A DNA stretch of 27,060 nt from a virus (Duplodnaviria > Caudoviricetes), in the IMG/VR virus record IMGVR_UViG_3300028586_000069, positions 1 through 27,060 of that record; one strand, 5' to 3'. The position numbers were made by a program, and so were the translations under genes. This document shows, in pieces, positions 24,147 through 27,060 of this stretch (position 1 is the first letter of the stretch; each line of letters opens with the position of its first letter). The notes beneath the pieces were generated by a model, which saw nothing but the letters and a program-made list of their open reading frames with translations, was not told the origin of the DNA and made no database searches.

Positions 24147-24575
24147 TCACGCTGCGGCTCCCTGCAGTTCCGTCACGGTCACCCTGGCGAACGGAATGGG
24201 CCCATAGTCCTTCCGCAGCGTGATCTGGACTACCTGCGCATCATCCCGCCACACGATGCCGTTACAGCCGTCTTTGATGCCTTTCAGGACGTTGTCGGCG
24301 TCCGGCTTCTTGGTCGCGCGGATGGCACCGCTCAACGCGCCGTCGCGCCGCTTGTTGGACCAGCTAGCCGGAATTTGCATCGATAGAAAGACGACGAGCT
24401 CCATCGGCGCCGCGCTCGGCTCCCGGCCGGCCATGGCCAGGGTGGCGGCCAGCTTGACCAGGCTCTCGTAGCTGGCGGTCTTGGCCGGCGTGTAGGCGAC
24501 CACGTGGGCGCCGCGGCGCGCGAACTTCGGGCGGCCTTTGGCGACAGGCTGGCCAGGGATTTCAAAGCAGATCAT
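24147..24575 (-). CDS. rusA: RusA-family Holliday junction resolvase
   Basis: PVAKGRP, YTP.KT..YE, KKPDADNVLKGIKDGCNGIVWRDDAQVV catalytic motif. Confidence 0.92.
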   Translation of the reverse strand: MICFEIPGQPVAKGRPKFARRGAHVVAYTPAKTASYESLVKLAATLAMAGREPSAAPMELVVFLSMQIPASWSNKRRDGALSGAIRATKKPDADNVLKGIKDGCNGIVWRDDAQVVQITLRKDYGPIPFARVTVTELQGAAA

Positions 24576-25681
24576 GCGACCTCCTTCGGCGCTGGTGCGG
24601 CGCGGCCGGTCAAGCCCTTCAGTTGGGCCCGCATTTCGTCGGTGAGGATGCTTTTCGGCTCAACAGGGCCTGTCGCGACCCCGACCAGGGACATCCGCTG
24701 GGGCGCCGGCGGCACTCCGCCGTTGTCGATTGCTGCGCGGATCCTGCCCTCAAAGGTGAACATCGTTTCGCCCGGCAGCGGATGCATTCCCATCTCGGCG
24801 CCCTTGGCCAACTTGGCGTCGTCGGACTTCCACCAGGCTGAATCACCCTTTGGCGCGGCCGCGCGGGCCTGCTGCATGATCAGTTGGTCCCACTTGTCCC
24901 GCAGCTTTCCAGGCGAGAGGATATTGGCGCGCCAGAACGAGTCGGCGCCCGCCCATTGAAACAGGTCGCAAATCTGATCGTAGGAACGGCCATCGCGCTC
25001 GCGCATCAACCTCACATCATTTGCCCAGGTAGCGATGTTCGGCTTCTTGGAGCCGGGATTGTTTTCGAGCACGACCCCAAACAGCCAGCGCGCGCATTTC
25101 TCGTCGGCAGGCACAGCGGGTTTCTTTTCGCGTTTGGGTGTCGGTCCATCAGGACTATTCGGCGCGTCGGGGCGCAGTCCCGACATAATGCTTTTATTCT
25201 GTTCTTGGTAGTGTTCCTGTTCCTGGTTTCGAAAGGGTTTGGGTAACCGTTCGCAAAGGGTTTCAAATTGATCCAAAATATCCGCCGGGAAATGCTTCGA
25301 GAAACCCCGGAGAGCCGCAGCGAGCAATGGTTTCACGATTGAGCGGTTCGGAATTTGCTCGAAGAGGCGGCCGGCAGAGATGCCCTGGTTCGGGTTCTCG
25401 ATCGGGTTCCATTTGAGGTAGGCATGCAGCACCACCCATTTCGATGCTTTATCGTGGGTTGCGAAACCCTTCGATAACAGTTCCGCAAACCCTTCCGCAA
25501 CCCTTGCCGCGTCCCACTTGAGGTCTTCGCATACATAACCTATTGGCAAGTGAAAGCAGCCCAAAATATTCGAATGCGGACTTGTCAGCAGGTAAAGCGC
25601 GAGCATACGGCCGGTATCGGACATTGCGCTCGTGTCAGCGCTAGTCCAGAAGGTGGTTTGCACCTTTCCATAGTCACGCAT
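24572..25681 (-). CDS. Phage replication initiator (O-like)
   Basis: MRDYGKVQTTFW...LALYLLTSPH N-terminal wHTH-like domain, NQEQE linker, C-terminal W..DVRLMRERDGR...FW..NILSP.KLR.KWDQL; GGAGG RBS; internal iterons. Confidence 0.88.
   Translation of the reverse strand: MRDYGKVQTTFWTSADTSAMSDTGRMLALYLLTSPHSNILGCFHLPIGYVCEDLKWDAARVAEGFAELLSKGFATHDKASKWVVLHAYLKWNPIENPNQGISAGRLFEQIPNRSIVKPLLAAALRGFSKHFPADILDQFETLCERLPKPFRNQEQEHYQEQNKSIMSGLRPDAPNSPDGPTPKREKKPAVPADEKCARWLFGVVLENNPGSKKPNIATWANDVRLMRERDGRSYDQICDLFQWAGADSFWRANILSPGKLRDKWDQLIMQQARAAAPKGDSAWWKSDDAKLAKGAEMGMHPLPGETMFTFEGRIRAAIDNGGVPPAPQRMSLVGVATGPVEPKSILTDEMRAQLKGLTGRAAPAPKEVA
25233..25505. repeat. Putative replication origin: two inverted, helically phased iteron arrays
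   Basis: AAGGGTT/AACCGTT/AAGGGTT at 25233, 25245, 25256 and AACCCTT/AACAGTT/AACCCTT/AACCCTT at 25465, 25476, 25488, 25499 (11-12 bp period). Confidence 0.7.
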
Positions 25682-25682
25682 G

Positions 25683-25937
25683 TCAGCCTCCATCCTGGTC
25701 GTAAGCTTCGCCGAGGTCACCATCACGATCCTCGATCAGCGGCTTCAGGTAGTCGCAGTTCTTCCGAATGGTCGGCAAGTGCGCTGAGGGCAGCGGTAGC
25801 GCCGTCATCGATCGTTTGCCGCGCACGCGCTGGTCATAGCTAACTCGGTCGATGGCATCTAATTCGTTCTGGTCGTCGTCGACCTCCACGGCGTAGACGG
25901 TCAGTGTTTGCAATTCAACTTCGAACCATTTGCTCAT
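25683..25937 (-). CDS. Hypothetical acidic protein (84 aa)
   Basis: MSKWFEVELQTL...; GGAGG RBS; ATGA overlap with the antirepressor stop. Confidence 0.7.
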   Translation of the reverse strand: MSKWFEVELQTLTVYAVEVDDDQNELDAIDRVSYDQRVRGKRSMTALPLPSAHLPTIRKNCDYLKPLIEDRDGDLGEAYDQDGG

Positions 25938-26659
25938 GCTGCGACCTCCCCAGCCGCGCGCTGCGCCAGCTGCCACCGCGCGAGCTCGCCAGCCACCCAC
26001 TCAATGCCCTTGGCTGTGAACTTGGCACTGTTGAAGGCGTGGCCCGTACCAGCGGTACCGGCCTTGACGCAGAACCGGCCGGCGTCGATATGCGCCGCAA
26101 ACGGCACCATTTCCCCGCCCAGGCGGTACAGGATCTTCTCGTCGATCAGGAACTCTCGGAATTCCGGCTCTTTGACGCGCAGGAGCTTGGCGACCTGGCG
26201 GAAGCCCTTCAGGCCTGTCGAGTCGACGTATTTCTCGACGAACTCGACGGCCGGCGCTGCGGCGGCCAGTTCGATCTGGAGCTTCTGCTTGCCCTCTTCC
26301 GCATCGGCCCAGGCGCGTGCGGCGGCAACTGGATCGGCGAAGTTAGGCAGCGCAACGGCCGACATCGGCGTTGCCGGCAACGCGGCCGCCTCAAGTTCGC
26401 GCCAGCGTGCCAAAACTTTGCGGCGCAGCACCGCGCTGTAACCGGTCAGCAGGATATCCGTCATCTCCCGGTCGAGCGCATATTCGATCTGCTCGCGGTT
26501 CATCGTGTCGAGATAGATGCGTCCAAAACTGGATTTATCTTCCTGAAGCTGGTCCATCATGTTTTCGATGTCCCGCTTGACATGCTGATGTTGCTTGCCG
26601 GTCAAGTCAGCGATTTCCCGACTCGTCATCGTGGCGCCGGTGGTGGCGATCGTCAGCAT
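25934..26659 (-). CDS. Rha-domain + ANT/KilAC antirepressor
   Basis: MTSREIADLTGKQHQHVKRDI, TGYS..LR.KV..RW.ELE (Rha); PAVEFVE.YV...G..GFRQVAKLL...FTAKG.EW (ANT); GAGGAGG RBS. Confidence 0.9.
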   Translation of the reverse strand: MLTIATTGATMTSREIADLTGKQHQHVKRDIENMMDQLQEDKSSFGRIYLDTMNREQIEYALDREMTDILLTGYSAVLRRKVLARWRELEAAALPATPMSAVALPNFADPVAAARAWADAEEGKQKLQIELAAAAPAVEFVEKYVDSTGLKGFRQVAKLLRVKEPEFREFLIDEKILYRLGGEMVPFAAHIDAGRFCVKAGTAGTGHAFNSAKFTAKGIEWVAGELARWQLAQRAAGEVAA

Positions 26660-27060
26660 GCTGCCTCCTCGTTTTGGGCTGCGTCCATCGTCTCGAAGTC
26701 GAACAGCGTGGGAATGCTCAGTTCGCGCTCCATGGCGGTCAGGTAGTGCACCTGGTCGGCAAAGTAGGCCGCGTTCAATTCGGACCCGGCGCCGCAGCGG
26801 CCCAATTTCAGCGCGCGCACTGGGACGGTGCCCAGACCGGCAAACGGGTCGTACACCACGTCGCCGGGGTTGCTATAGCGGTTGATGAGGCGGTCGACGA
26901 TATCGATCTGGAATGGGCAGACGTGCTTCTCGACGGCGCGGTGCGTCTGCTCGCCATTCAAGGTGCGCATCCGTACGATGTCATGCCAGACCATCGGATC
27001 AGTGCTGCCAGGCGCCAGGCTGAGGTAGGTGGCCGGCAAGCAGTTGTTGGCAAGCATCGC
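26653..27060 (-). CDS. N6/N4 DNA methyltransferase, C-terminal part (runs off the right edge)
   Basis: KHVCPFQIDIVDRLINRYSNPGDVVYDPFAGLGTV...G.ELN..YF SAM-binding motif. Confidence 0.88.
   Translation of the reverse strand, partial: AMLANNCLPATYLSLAPGSTDPMVWHDIVRMRTLNGEQTHRAVEKHVCPFQIDIVDRLINRYSNPGDVVYDPFAGLGTVPVRALKLGRCGAGSELNAAYFADQVHYLTAMERELSIPTLFDFETMDAAQNEEAAC

Larger units (their letters stand above)
1..27060 (-). mobile_element. Temperate siphovirus-like phage/prophage segment (replication through tape measure); both ends extend beyond the window
   Basis: Co-oriented, tightly coupled genes in lambdoid order: antirepressor, initiator, RusA, Q, terminase, portal, capsid, connectors, tail tube, chaperone, tape measure. 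No sheath gene next to the tube gene; no host genes or att sites seen. Confidence 0.95.

Noticed and set aside
1-27060. CRISPR array, DGR, integrase/att site, IS element, SOS box
   Set aside because: No spaced repeat array, reverse transcriptase, recombinase or transposase seen; no convincing CTGT-N8-ACAG in the intergenic regions inspected by eye (not an exhaustive scan).

Overview
The whole 27 kb window is part of a GC-rich temperate, long-tailed (sipho-type) phage or prophage, encoded almost entirely on the minus strand. Read in the direction of transcription (right to left): partial DNA methyltransferase, Rha/ANT antirepressor, replication initiator with internal iterons, RusA, small early genes, Q-like antiterminator, late leader with structured RNA and a non-canonical tRNA-Thr(UGU), metallopeptidase, TerS/TerL, portal, minor head protein, scaffold, P22-coat-like major capsid protein, HeH/LEM protein, a 4.5 kb accessory cassette, head-tail connectors, tail tube, frameshifted tail chaperones and the 5' part of the tape measure gene. 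A betaproteobacterial (possibly Oxalobacteraceae) host is inferred from protein style only. The most unusual features are all in the head module: (1) the capsid protein has a 64-aa hydrophobic N-terminal leader; (2) a proteasome-beta/HslV-like Thr protein is translationally coupled between head-tail connector genes; (3) two fibre-like proteins (LamG+SGNH esterase; Ig/FN3) share a C-terminal domain; (4) an XRE-LexA DNA-binding fusion sits in the late operon; (5) the scaffold and capsid leaders both carry a terminator followed by GGAY-tetraloop hairpins. All family assignments come from motif recognition by eye; no database searches were run.
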